Source: Camelus dromedarius
Taxonomy: Eukaryota
Assembly: GCF_036321535.1 (NCBI RefSeq)
Contig: NC_087437.1
Span: 94,428,001 to 94,492,000 of the forward strand
Direction of reading: 5' to 3'
DNA: 64,000 nucleotides
Positions within the stretch are counted from its first letter, which is position 1. Each line of letters starts with the position of its first letter. Of this stretch, positions 48,701-61,012 are shown piece after piece. The notes below the pieces were generated by a model. That model saw only the letters and a list, made by a program, of their open reading frames with translations, had not been told where the DNA came from and made no database searches. Made by a program: the position numbers and the translations under genes.

Positions 48701-51378
48701 ACTGTTAATGTATTGACTATTTTAATTCCTCATACCTGCCTCATTGTTAATTAGGAGCCAGCCCCGCCCCTACAGAATATGTACACATGATATACATTGA
48801 AGCTAGATAGCTAAATTACCTGGGTGAGTGAGTTTGTTGTCAAAACCAAACTAGTTAATTGAAGCAGTTTTATTACTTATTCCTGTTTTTTGTTCCTTAT
48901 GAATTATAGAATCAATATTGTTGAAAATATTTCAATAAATCGCTGCCCAAACCCACTCTAGGAACTTGAGTCCTAAATAATTTTCTAACATTTTCTATAG
49001 CCATTTCATGTAGTCTTTATATTTATCTGACTGGATCAAGTGGCCAGATGTGGCTTTCTGTCCTCCTAATTCTATCCAGACAATTTCAGTTTGAAAGGTG
49101 AGGCCTGTATGTGCCCTGTGCTTCTTAAGTCTTCATTGAAAAATGTCAGTATTCACCTAAAAGTTTGGTTTCTTAAGTGAATCTGTACCAAATATGTTTT
49201 GTGCTTTTGTCAAAAAATAGAGAACAGCAGATCACTTTGATAGTTCTACATTGGAGTCTATAAGTTATCTGTGGTCAGTATATTAGAGGTGAAGGTTAGA
49301 CTGTCAGTTGATAGACTATTCTGGATATGACCATGAATCATCAGGTAACTGTTACACTTGTCGGAATTACAACTTGAAATACTATTCTGTTGTAAAGATA
49401 GAATCTTTTACTTAATATGCTGCTGCCCATTCTCATATGAAGGACCATTAACCATAGTTCTCTTTATTTTGCTGTATTTCTGGCAGACTTAAATCTATTT
49501 AATGTACTTATGTGAAATATAAAAGGCACACATTTGTGAAAATTTCCTAAACCAGCTGAGTGTGAATTATGACTTATTTTAAATTAGCTGGCTATAAGTA
49601 AATCATATTTCATGAAAATATCCTGTATCTTTCTTATAGCATCTCTACTGACAAGAATGTAGATGGTTATCCTGCCTGATGAAGCAACATTTTCTAAAAT
49701 TTTTATTCCAAGTACTACCCATAATTTGGTTATCTTCTTCAATGTGTTATTGTTAAACAACTGATTGTATCTCCTGGAATATAAAGCTATATACAAAAAT
49801 CTACTCTTTTTGAGCACTTTATATTTTGAGAGACTTTCTATTCTAAATCCCATACAGTAGAAGAGATTAGAATATACAAAACACAATCTCAGTGAACAAA
49901 ACTGTAAAACATTTATTCTCTCTAACTCAAGCACCATTTTGTTAAAACTTATAAAGGTTTCTTTTGGTTAACTTCAAGAAAAGTTATTCTGTCATTCAAA
50001 AGTGTCAATGGTTTCTCACTAATCTGGTATGTCATTAGACCAAGCTAGGATTTTTTTTTTTTCTTCTAGGGATTAGAGTCTCCTACATACAGTACTATAA
50101 TTGTACAAAAGGTATCTATTCCCTCATTATTGAATATGTCCATAGTGTATTTAACACTGGTCTTTGGTCAACCCCATTCTTTCTGAAGCTGAAGTCCTCA
50201 AGGCTGATCCATGCCATTTAAGTTATACAATTCAAAGTATCTTTTTTATTCTAAAAAGAAGGCATCTAGGCTACCAAGTGACTCTCTTACACTATATATA
50301 TATATATAGCATAAATATATGACTCATTTTACTACTCTGAGTTCTCTGGTTTGCTTATTTGTGTGTTTGTTTTTGGGCTGGGGTAGAGTGTTGGTCTTTC
50401 CCTTGGGTGAATGAATGTCCTCCAATGTAAAGAATGCCATTGATTCATTAAAGGAAAATAAAGTCTTGATATAGTCAAACTTCGTAGACTTTTTAAAAAA
50501 ATATATTCAGAGGTTACCTGGAATTTTTTCATATTTTAATTTTGGTGACTATTTCTTGCTTCAGGAGGATTTCATTCTAATCTAGTCAACAATCTTAGTA
50601 TTAATTCAAAGAACTATTGAGTTAAACAAAAACCCAACATCCTTTAAAAGGATGTTTTTTGGTATTGAAAGCCATTCTCTTTCACTGAGAAGGCCATGCT
50701 TCCCAAATGGTGGAAACCAGTTTGACCTCAGCATTTAATTTTGAACAATATCCTACACATAGAAGTCAATTCAGAATATCTTTGTGCTAAAATTTACAGT
50801 ACAGTAAAAAATAAGGCCTTACAAATATTCTGTATTTAAGATTTTTATCATAACTTACGGATTGAAAAGAAATCTTTGTCAACATCACCTACTTGGTCAC
50901 AATCCATTATGTCATATTGGCGTCAATCACTTTGATGCCAATGAGAACAGTGGGCTGTGTTCATTCTGAAGGTGGTGTAGACGTTAACTTCCATTCATAA
51001 CTAAGAGCAACAAGAGTTGGAAGGCAATATGCCACGATTCCTAATGGACAGCAGTTTTCTTCTTGTGTTATGAGGAGTATGAGTTCTTTCCAGTTCCCAA
51101 ATAAGAACTTTTTTGTAAAAGAATATAATTTTTAACAGATTAATAAGTTATTTTAAGGAAACTGGAAAATTTTACTTGAAAATTCATTTTATGGAACAAC
51201 TATAAATATAAATCAAGCTAATATTCTAAGAAGTTTTAAAACATGGCATAATGGCACTGATTGCTTCATTGACATCATTCACAAAAATCTTTGGTATCGT
51301 TATATATCCAGCTATCTTGATTATATCAAATTATGTCTGGAACAAATAGGGCCTACATAAATAAAACTCATTTGTCTT

Positions 51379-51514
51379 ATTTATTTATTTTTTCGGTGGG
51401 GGGAGGTAGTTAGGTTTATTTATTTAATTATTTTAATGGAGATACTGGGGATTGAACTCAGGACCTCATGCATGCTAAGCATGTACTCTAACTACTAAGC
51501 TATACCCTCCCCCC
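51379..51514 (-). mobile_element. Camelid vic-1-type tRNA-derived SINE with TSD
   Basis: Reverse complement ggggagggtatagcttagtagttagagtacatgcttagcatgcatgaggtcctgagttcaatccccagta (A and B boxes); TSD atttgtctt at 51370-51378 and 51517-51525. Confidence 0.92.
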
Positions 51515-51589
51515 ATATTTGTCTTGTTTCATTAAAAATGTTCCAAAGTAAAAAGTTTTCACATCTTTCAGGTGGTCTTAAGATTTTTA

Positions 51590-53933
51590 AATGATTTTGA
51601 TGTCATTTTTTACATCTTCATGTTTATCCCTTCACTGTTTATTGTAGTTATTGTTGACTTTACAATGTTTTATCTTTTAATATTCATGCTAGTTTATTTA
51701 CTATGTTGATACACAGTCTTTATTATATATTTTCCTTTACTAGTGGAATTTTTCATTTCCTATAAATTTTCACTTTTTATTGTGTCTTTTACTTTTCCAC
51801 TTAGAGAAGACCCTTTAATGTTTATTTTCTGGTCACTTTGGTATTGATGAACTCTTAGTTTTTGCTTGTCTGAGAAGTTCATAATCTCCCCTTCAATTCT
51901 GAATGATAATCTTGTTGGGTAGATTATCCAAGGTTGTAGGTTTTCCCCTTCCAGTATTTTAAATATATTGTGCCACTTCCTTTGGCCTGCAGTGTTTCTG
52001 CAGAAAAATCAGCTGATTGCCTTATCGGGGTTCCCTTTTTTGTGACTCTTTGATTTTCTTTTGCTGCTTTTAGAATTCTCTCTTTATTTTTAAATTTTGC
52101 TGTTTTATTTAGGATATGTCTTTGTGTTGTTCTCTTTGGTTTCATCTTGTTTGGGACTCTCTGCGATTTCTGCACTTGATTATCTGTTTCCTTCTTCAGG
52201 TTCAGAAAGTTTTATGCCATAATTTCATCAAATACATTCTGGACCCCTTCCTCTCCCTCTTCTCCTCCTGGGATCCCTATAATACAAATGTTCATATGCT
52301 TAATATTGTCCCAGAAGTCCCTTAAACTGTTCTCATTTTTTAAATTTGTTTTCCTTTTTGCTGCCTGATTGGGTGATTAGCATTATTCTATCTTCCAGAT
52401 TACGTATGGGTTTTTCCATACCGGCTAGTCTGCTGTTAATTCTTTCTAGGGTGTTTTTCATTTCAGTTACTGTATTCTTCATTTCTGACTGGTTCTTTTT
52501 TCATTTTTTTCTAGTTCCTTGTTAAAATTCTCACTGTGTTGTTCATCTATTCTTTTCCCTAGTTAGTTTAGTTACCTATCTCGGACTTGAGGTGTATCTT
52601 TGTGTGGGAGCTTTCCTGTATAGTCTACTTCTGCCCAGTGAATTTGGTAGGAGATCTGGATCTGAAGTGAGCATGCGTCATGTCTTCCCCCAGGGTATGC
52701 TACAGCTATCACCTTGGTAGGAGGTTGGACTAGAGATGAAGGAGTTAGAACCAGAGCCAGGCATGAGCCAGGGCTTCTCATTTGCTAAGTGGCCAATACC
52801 ACCCTGGGGTGGTGGGGTGGTGGGGTTGGATACCAAGCTGCTGGGACAGAAGCCCTGAGGGTCTGGTCCTAAATGGCTCTGTTCCCTCTAAGTGTGTGCT
52901 CTGCCCTTCCCAGCATTGTCACCTTCACTAAGGGGGAGAGTAGTGCTGGACTAAGAGGGGCCAGAGTGATCACATGCCATAGACCAGAGCATACCCTGGG
53001 TCATCCAGGCACACTGGTCAGAGTTATAAACTGCTCCCTATCTGCTGCATCCTTGAGTTCCAGTAAGGGCTACCCTCACTCTGTTCAGATGCTGTGCCAG
53101 GTCTGAGTGACTTCATCCCTGACAAATGGGCACTCTCCTTGGCAGCAGCATCCTTTGTTCTAGTGGGGAGCTATACTACAGAGTAAAAGGGTCCTAAGCT
53201 CAGTGTGGGCTGGGGTGTGTGCTGGGGCATTTCTGGCACTAGTCAGAGCTCCAGAATGCTCCTGATTTGTTGCTTCTGTGAACAACATTAATGACTGCCC
53301 TCCCCCCATTCAAAGGTAATGTCTGGTCCAAGTCAGCTCTGTCCCCCACAACCCTGCACTCTCCTTGGCTGTGACAGACCTCGCCCTAGTGTGGAGCTGC
53401 TCCACAGAGCAATAGGGGCCAGAGTGGCTGCTTGGCTTATGCCGGGGTGATTCTGGGCAGTCTTGGGAACCTGGCCAGAGACTTAGTCAGTTTCAATCGG
53501 CTTCGTCCACCTTGTTTCGGGAGTAAGCAAGCGTGCATGCACTCTTCATGAGCAGAGTCTAGATTTCTTACAGTCAGTCCCACTGGTTTTCAGACCAGCT
53601 TGGGAGACTTGTTCTCCTGGTGTCAGACCCCAGGTATGCGGCACTCCATATGTGGTTTGAACCACTCACTGCCCAGGGAGAATTTCTGAGTCCATTTAAT
53701 CCCCCTTCTTTTCTCTGTCCCCTCCCAGGGGCTCAGGTCCCAACCTGATCGCTTTTTTTCCCTCTCTACCTGATTCACTGTGGATCTTTCTTGCAGCCTT
53801 GGTTGTGTGAGTCTTTCTACCAGTCTCCAGTTTGCTTTTTTCTGAGAATTGCTCCACATGTAGATGTTTTTTGATTTGCTCTTGTGGGAGATGAGCTCCA
53901 TGTCCTCCTACTCTGGCATCTTGAGCTCCTCCC
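51590..53933 (-). mobile_element. L1 5' portion (5'UTR plus partial ORF1), lacking ORF2 and the 3' end
   Basis: Minus-strand start gggaggagctcaagatgccagagtaggaggacatggagctca is typical of L1 5' ends; GC-richer 5'UTR; ORF1 homology downstream. Confidence 0.85.
51924..52175 (-). pseudogene. Decayed L1 ORF1p fragment (RRM/CTD region)
   Basis: QRVPNKMKPKRTTQRHI...KERILKAAKE...KGTPIRQSADFSAETLQAK matches the L1 ORF1p motif KEKILKAARE...PIRLSADFSAETLQAR; frameshifted. Confidence 0.9.
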
Positions 53934-54999
53934 TGGATGGATGTCTTGAAGGGGATGTTTTAAATAAAACACCTTAACAAAACAAGTATTAAATGGAATC
54001 TATAATAGTAAATAAAATCATATATGTCTTATATGAAATTCTTGACTTTATAAATACACACAAAGCTATTCTAGACCTATGCAGTATTTCAAAACTCCAT
54101 AAAATGTTTGCTGAATAAACAGCCCCATAATATGGTATCATAATTATACTTTAATCCAGATCCAGAATATTTTCCATAAATGTTTTTAAACCATATCTTC
54201 AAGAACAGAGAAATAACTGAAGAATAAAATATTCAAATTCATTATTTCTCATTATGTATCCCAATTTGTTACTTTATAAAATCAAAGTAATTGTAATATA
54301 TATGCAAAAACAATGGAATATTTATTAAATTATTGTACTTTCCTTATTTCTTATATAAGATAATGTAGAAAGCATCTAATATTCTCCATTCAGGGACAGA
54401 TATATAATCTATTGGTCAAGCATGCTCATCATTTTGGTGCCTTCAGTCTTCAGAAATACTGCCTACAGTCCAGGAAGACATTGGACATTGATTGTTAGTC
54501 TTTGTTCCCATAGAGAATTTTAGTGGAGAGTTAAAGATATCAGGAGCAAAGGGGACATAATAGGCCATCATAGCACAGAGCTAGACTATAACACTTACAC
54601 ATCAAGAGTATATGGAGTGTACCTTAATTTGTACAGTTTTTGACAAGTATTGTAACCACAAGGTGTGCACTCTAAGGGAGCTAGGAAAAAAATGGTTTCA
54701 AATGATGGAGAAGAAATTATGCCTTGTTATGAAAAAAAAAAAAAAAAAGAAAAAGAAAAACTCAGTCCTATAAGATATGTTAGCTGGAATGAGATGCTAA
54801 AAGTTGTCTGTCATTAAATGAGGAGGGGAAGATGTGGATCAAGGCAGGCTCCCTAGAGGAACCAACACAAGAGAAAATGGATTTCTCAAAAACATGTAGG
54901 AGACAAGACTATCTTCTTCAGAGGGCTGGGATCAGGAAGAGCCATCATCAGTGCTCTGAGAAAGTCATATAAAGGTTGGTTTCTCTCCAGATTCTTCAG

Positions 55000-55150
55000 T
55001 TCTCAGCATAAAACATTTTCTGAATCACCAGCTAAACTTCATCTCTGTGAGAGTAGAGATCGTGTCTATATTTACAGGTTGTTAATCCTGAATATCTAGA
55101 AGTGTGACTGGCTCACATAAGGCATGTAATTGTCTATCAGATGCATGAAG
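55000..55150 (+). mobile_element. L2 3' end
   Basis: ctctgtgagagtagagatcgtgtct...atctagaagtgtgactggctcacataaggca. Confidence 0.65.
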
Positions 55151-55289
55151 GAATAGAAGCGGTCAGAGCGCTTGATAAAGAAATTCATCTGATACATTTA
55201 GAGACCTTAGGAATCTATGGGATGTATAGAGTGAGCATTATGAAGAGCTAAGATGGTGACAGTAGCAGAGTGGGAGTTCACATATATGT

Positions 55290-55560
55290 GACTGACACAA
55301 TTCAGCAAGTACTGATTATCTATTAATTGCAAGACATGTTATTGATGTAAAGATAAACAGTATCTGCCCTCCATTGCTTACAATCTAATTTAGAAGATTC
55401 ACATCATTGGAATTAAAAACAAAAAAAACAAAAACTGCTAAGCTGCTATCATTGCCCTTAGGGATTTCCAGACTAATAGAGGAAAGAGACATCTAAATAA
55501 AACAATTGTAATATCATTATGATACTAGAGACACCTAGAGCAAACCCACAACATGGTTAA
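55290..55560 (-). mobile_element. L2 3' end fragments
   Basis: attcagcaagtactgattatctatt...ctgccctccattgcttacaatctaat. Confidence 0.6.
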
Positions 55561-56001
55561 TATTTTAAAATTTTGTTGTGTGAATTGATAAAAGCTTTCA
55601 ATTTTCTGTAAAAATGCAGAAAATTAATTCAAAAGTGTATCTAAAATGTGTAGCTTGAACTATTGGTGGATACTTGAACAAAGGGAAGGAGCACGTTTGT
55701 AGGGAAGATACTGATCTGGGATATAGCTTAGGATATTTGAAACCAGCAGTATAAGACAATTGACATAGATTGAGGAGACTAGAATATAGAAGCAGAAATT
55801 TGGAAAACAAAAACACGTAAAAGGCAAACATTGATAGAAGTAGGAAGAGAACCAAGGATTAGATGTCTTCTAGGACTGAACAGTCAACAGTGTCCTCATC
55901 TATAAACTGATACAACTAGGCAGACTACAGCAAATGCTCTAGAAACATAGGCAACTGCTATGGAGACATAAAAGAGGTAAGGTTGTGGATTAAGAAAACT
56001 C

Positions 56002-56211
56002 AGCGAGGGAACTATGTTCAATACCTTGTAATGGCCTATAATGAGAAAGAATATGAAAAGGCATATATAAATATACATGTAAGTGTGTGTGTGTGTGTAT
56101 GTACTATATATACACACACACATATATATGTGAGACTGCATCACTATGCTCTACACCAGACTCCACTAACACAACATTGTAAATCAACTATACTTCAATA
56201 AAAAAATTAAA
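56002..56211 (+). mobile_element. Young lineage-specific L1 3' end with TSD
   Basis: gggaactatgttcaataccttgtaat...aacacaacattgtaaatcaactatacttcaataaaaaa; perfect TSD aagaaaactc at 55992-56001 and 56212-56221. Confidence 0.92.
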
Positions 56212-58804
56212 AAGAAAACTCTGTGAGCATGAAGTAGAATTGGTAACAAGCAGATGACAAATTAATAAAAAGCAAGACAAGGAAGAAAATGAGAGGAATT
56301 ACCAATTACAGAATATTTTTAAAAACTTTTTAGATGGGAAATCTGAGGCATCATGGTATATATTCTTATCAGTAAAGATTTGTAAGCAGTGCCTTCTGCC
56401 AAGAATACAATCCAATAAATAACAATTTTTTCCATTATATTATGGCATTTTTCATGGAGACTATTTCTGTAATAATTTTATTAGTGACATAGTGGTGTGA
56501 CTCTTTCAAATAAGTAATGCAACAATGATCAGAGAGTGCTATGGAGTAAATAAAATTGTAGAAAACCAGGAATTCAGGAAGCGATGACCTACAATATAAA
56601 ACAAAATCACGTCCACATTAGTGGCAATTATTTTCATGAAGAAAATATCTGCATTTCTTTGTTATTACTTAGAATTATAGCTTCTGAGTTCTAACATCAA
56701 CTTTTGTTTGTCTGTTTCTGGCAGTCAATGATAAGTACCACCTTATATGCTATGATGACTTTGTATAGTAATTCCTTTGGTTCATCTGGCGGTTCTGCCA
56801 AAGTACCATGTCATTTTCTTGGACTCACAACTTTCTTTAAAATTCTCTCATAAGGCTCTAAGTGACCCTCTTATAAAGATGCTCATTCCTTCCATAGCTG
56901 TGTGGCAGCTCCAAGGCAAAGCTCTGTACTTGTATTCCTATTTCTTGCCATTGTTCCAAGTGACTTTACTAGCTGAGCAAATGCTGATGGTCTTGGGGCC
57001 CAGTGGGATCTAAGAGGCTGACGGGAAAGACCAGGTAAGAGAAATATCAAATGATGATGCTTATGAAGTCTCTTTCAAATGGCAAGTGTTTGATCCTATA
57101 ATTCTTATTATACCTGAATGAAGCCTCCTGAGCATTGGCAGAAGCAGCTTCCTTTACAAAGTAGAAATTCCATTGAGCATTCATTAAAATAGGACTGAAG
57201 CTTCTCCTTCCATTTCCTTTTGAGATTTGATTTTTTCAAAACAGGATTTTGATAGTCAAGGAAGGAAATTTTAATGATACGAAAGAAAAAAAAACTTTAT
57301 TAACAGGTGCTGATTAAGGCAGTCAAATTACCCGTAATGGAGAAAATTTGTGAGAGACTGAAAACATTTTGGAGGTTGAAGTTTGGTTTGAAAAGCGTTA
57401 GAACCTCGATCCTGAAGAAAAATTTCAAGTTCATTTTGCCGCTTGCTTTGATCTTTTTCCAATGTGAAGTTAAATCTTTCAGAGCTGCTAATTCTCATTC
57501 AAAGTGCAGAGGAGTTCCAGAGAATTTAAATCACATCTGTAAGTGTGCGTAATAGCAGCCATGGTTATTTCACAGTAATTTAGAAGGCCACTCACTTTCA
57601 GGATGAGTGACTCACTCTAAGTATTATCATAGAAAACCTGTAAAAAAAAAAAAAAAGGACTGCTCTTTGCATTTTAAACTGGAGAGGCACTGCTCAGATT
57701 TTAACAGTTTTCAGGGGAAGAGGATTATTACGGTTAGGCATTGAAAGAGACAAAAAGAAAAAAATATAAACAAAGCACAATGAAAAATGCAGTAAAAATC
57801 ATTTCATGTTGTCTCTGTACTGGGGTATTTGCTACATTCCCTGCTGTTAACCAGCTGACAGCATCTAGGTTATTTTCAAAGACATGAAATTTCAGTATGT
57901 AAAATGTGATATGGAAGACACTGCTTCCGAAAAAGGACTTTAACTTGCAGGCAAAATAGGCGTCGATGACAATTTTACCGCACTGTTAAATCTCTAAATG
58001 TACACTTGTTTCCGTAAAAATGTAAAATATAAAATGATAAAAAGGAAGAGGGAGGCAGGGAGGGAGGAGTAAAGAACAATGGAAGACTGGTTGTTCAACG
58101 AAAAAGAAAAATACAATAAAGGGTGGGAAGGAAAGACATGAGGAAAAAAGGAGGGGGAGAAAGAGAAAGAAAATAGATAAGCATAAATACAAGGAATGAC
58201 TGTTCAATTGAATAGGCAGAACTCGGACTGCAATTAAGCAAAGACCTTAATAAGGCTAAAATAGCCTGTAATAGTCATGCAGTATTGCAAGCTGGCTTCC
58301 TCTGGTAAGGGGACTCTGAGTCAGAATGTAGCATGAAGGATGTTCATTAAAGTACACTTTCCTGAGAAACACTCGTGGAAGCCAGGGAAAATGAGTCTGC
58401 ATCTTTTTTGTTGGTGGTGGTGGTGGTGATTGGAGCTTCACTGCTGACCTGTTCTAGGCAGCTATCTTATAGATGCATGAATGAAAGGGTAGGAAGGGGT
58501 GGGTGTTGGGATCGCTTGGGGATCTTTGACACTTGAAGAGAAAATACACCCAGGCGTTGTGTTTGGTCCATCCCTGGATGTGTCCTGATGGGTTGAGCTG
58601 TGAGGTGATGGGGCCAATTGGGGTGGGGGCTGGAACTCCTCCCTCAGAGGAGTACCATCTGGGTCTTCCATCTAGAACAGTTTACATGAAGATACTCGCT
58701 GTTCATGAATATGCTTGATGTTCAAGTATTAAGACCCATGCAATATATTATTTTTAATTTTTCTAGTAAAAAATAGTTTGTTAAAATAAATTAGCCAAGA
58801 AGAA

Positions 58805-58990
58805 CTTTATAACCTCTGTAGCTATCAGTCATTTGATTTGGGCCACCCATGTGAAGTGCATGACCTTGGATGAAATGAGTCTCTGAAGTTAAGTAATTCC
58901 TGTAGGAATTACAGTACTCCCAAGAGGTAGGGCCAGAAGTCCTTCAAAAAAGGGGCATCGGGACAGTGAGCACACTGTAATTATTCACCG
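58805..58990 (-). mobile_element. LTR16-like ERV-L 3' LTR (U3 part only)
   Basis: Reverse complement gaaggactt...gggagtactg...ccaaggtcatgc...aatgactgat...tataaag resembles the LTR16 5' half; preceded by a PPT-like aacaagggataaac. Confidence 0.7.
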
Positions 58991-60432
58991 GTTTATCCCT
59001 TGTTCTGCTCGCTCTACTTCTTAGCATAAATTCTTGCAGTAGATCCTGTAGGCTGTCTGAGCAGCTGTCTTCCCTGGGGAAAGGTAGAAGAGGAGCGGTT
59101 GGATGATAAGCCATCGCCTCTAATGCTGAAACTTATCTTGGGTCCACAATGGATAGTTATTTTATTCCTGCTTCACTGTTCGTTCTAGGTTTCCTTCCTG
59201 CTTAGCCAGCACTTCAGGTGGTCTTGGTGATTACCTGGTGGCATGACAAAGATCCTCATGGGGAGGGGTCTGAATCCCAGGTCACTGTGCTTTTTTTCAT
59301 GGTGAGATTGCTGTACTGGTCTGTGTGGGAGTGTAGTACCAAAGAGGCACTTAGGTGGATCACCTAGGCGCTACACATATTTCTCCCTGCCCCTGTTTGT
59401 TATAGCATACTTTTGATATTCTCATGGCTATGGTCAATTATCCCCACCAACTGGAGGTTTATTTTCTTCCCATCTAGTCTCTTAGCTAAAGGAAGCTACA
59501 GTTCCCAGGTGATGCTCGTAGCTTATATTTGAATTAGACCTTTGCTGTGTCCCCTGATGAAATTGCTTCCTCTTCAGGGATCAGGACATCTATCCTGTCA
59601 GAGCGCAGATTTAACAGAAGAGGAAACATAATTTGCCAAGGAGGCCATGCAAGTGAATTCAGTGCTTCTGCTCCTTGGTTCTCTGATTCATGTGTTTCAC
59701 CTTTTGGAGACATAGCATCATGCAAACGAATCTGATGTCAAATGTACTTCTGGGAATATGGCTCCTCATTCACTAAAGGATGGTCTTTGGTATGGAACTT
59801 CAGGTGTGCCTTCTGCAGGCTGTTTTAAAGTGCGCTCAGGCCTGTAGCTTCTGGATGCTATGGCATGTGACCCTATGTTCTCACATTTTTTTGCTATGTA
59901 GAGGTCTCCTGGTGTGATGCAATATGATGTGAAATTCCATGCTGGTGAATAAAACATTTGATAAGCTCTGGGATAATGATGCTAGCTGAGGCCTACTAGA
60001 CAAAAAGAGAAAATGTGCATCCCATGAAGTATTTCCTCCTGCCAGAATGTATTCTTGCCCAATATAATCAAATTCCTACTAAGTGACAGTGCAGTCTCTT
60101 TGACCAATGCCGCCATATTGGGAACTGAATGTTAGTCTCATTTTCTGGAGGGCTGGGGCTTTGGCGGCAGCATGGGTAGATCTGCTTTGATAAATGTGTT
60201 TATGTTGCTGGGCTTATGCATAGCCTCCATCTCTGATACCATGGTCCCTTTACTCATGTATGGCTGGTGCCAGCACTGGGTGGCCAATGACAGAGGCTAG
60301 ATATCAACTGGCCAAGTAATTCTATTTGTGATTTAGTGCTTCTCTCATGGTGGATGCTCTCTGGTAGACACTAACATGAGAAACAGAGGTCATCGCACTT
60401 TGTGTGCACTCCCATATGTCCATCCATTGGCT
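58991..60432 (-). pseudogene. ERV-L internal remnant: decayed pol RNaseH C-terminus, integrase and dUTPase start
   Basis: Minus-strand translations WMDIWE..SHVSVYQRAST, HE*RDHGIRDGGYA*AQQH, CFIHQHGISHHIASHQET, HPEATGL, DVLIPEEEAISSGDT resemble HERV-L/MuERV-L pol; many stops and frameshifts. Confidence 0.85.
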
Positions 60433-60799
60433 GTAATGTTAATTTTAATTTACTTACCTTATAAGTATCACAAAACCCAAGCTACTGTTCCTCTTCTTTA
60501 TTTTGTAATCCAAGAGTAGTACTCAATTTTTTTCTGTAAAGTACATGAAACCAAAGAGTGTTGCTTTTTTTTTTTTCCTGAACCCTAAGTCCACTGTACA
60601 CTGCAGCAGTTTGACAAATGCTCTTTGAATCAGTTTAAGTAAAACTGTATATAAAAATGAGCCTGCTGGACCTTACCCAATTTAAGGAAATGTACTTGGC
60701 CACTGGAAATCATCAGACCATTGTTTTGGGTGAGTGAGTCCAAAACAAACCAATTCCTACACAAGGAAACTCTAACCATGTTTACCTTTAATTTGAAAT

Positions 60800-61012
60800 T
60801 TTTTGTATATATTTATTTTTGTTGAAGTAAAATCAGTTTACAATGTTGTGTCAATTTCTCAACCTACAGCATAATGCTTCAGTCATACATGAACATACAT
60901 ACATTCATTTTCATATTCTTTTTTTACCATAAGTTACTACAGGTATTGGATATAGGTCCCTGTGCTATATAGTATCTCTCTCTCTCTCTATATATATATG
61001 TTAGTACCTGCA
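60800..61012 (-). mobile_element. Young lineage-specific L1 3' end
   Basis: ttgaagtaaaatcagtttacaatgttgtgtcaatttct...cattttcatattctt...gtccctgtgctat; flanking repeat aatttgaa. Confidence 0.88.

Noticed and set aside
49584..49937. 117-aa minus-strand ORF
   Set aside because: Composition typical of AT-rich non-coding DNA; no homology recognised
50636..50656. 21-bp palindrome AACATCCTTT-A-AAAGGATGTT
   Set aside because: A single 10-bp-arm AT-rich palindrome is near chance expectation; no associated feature
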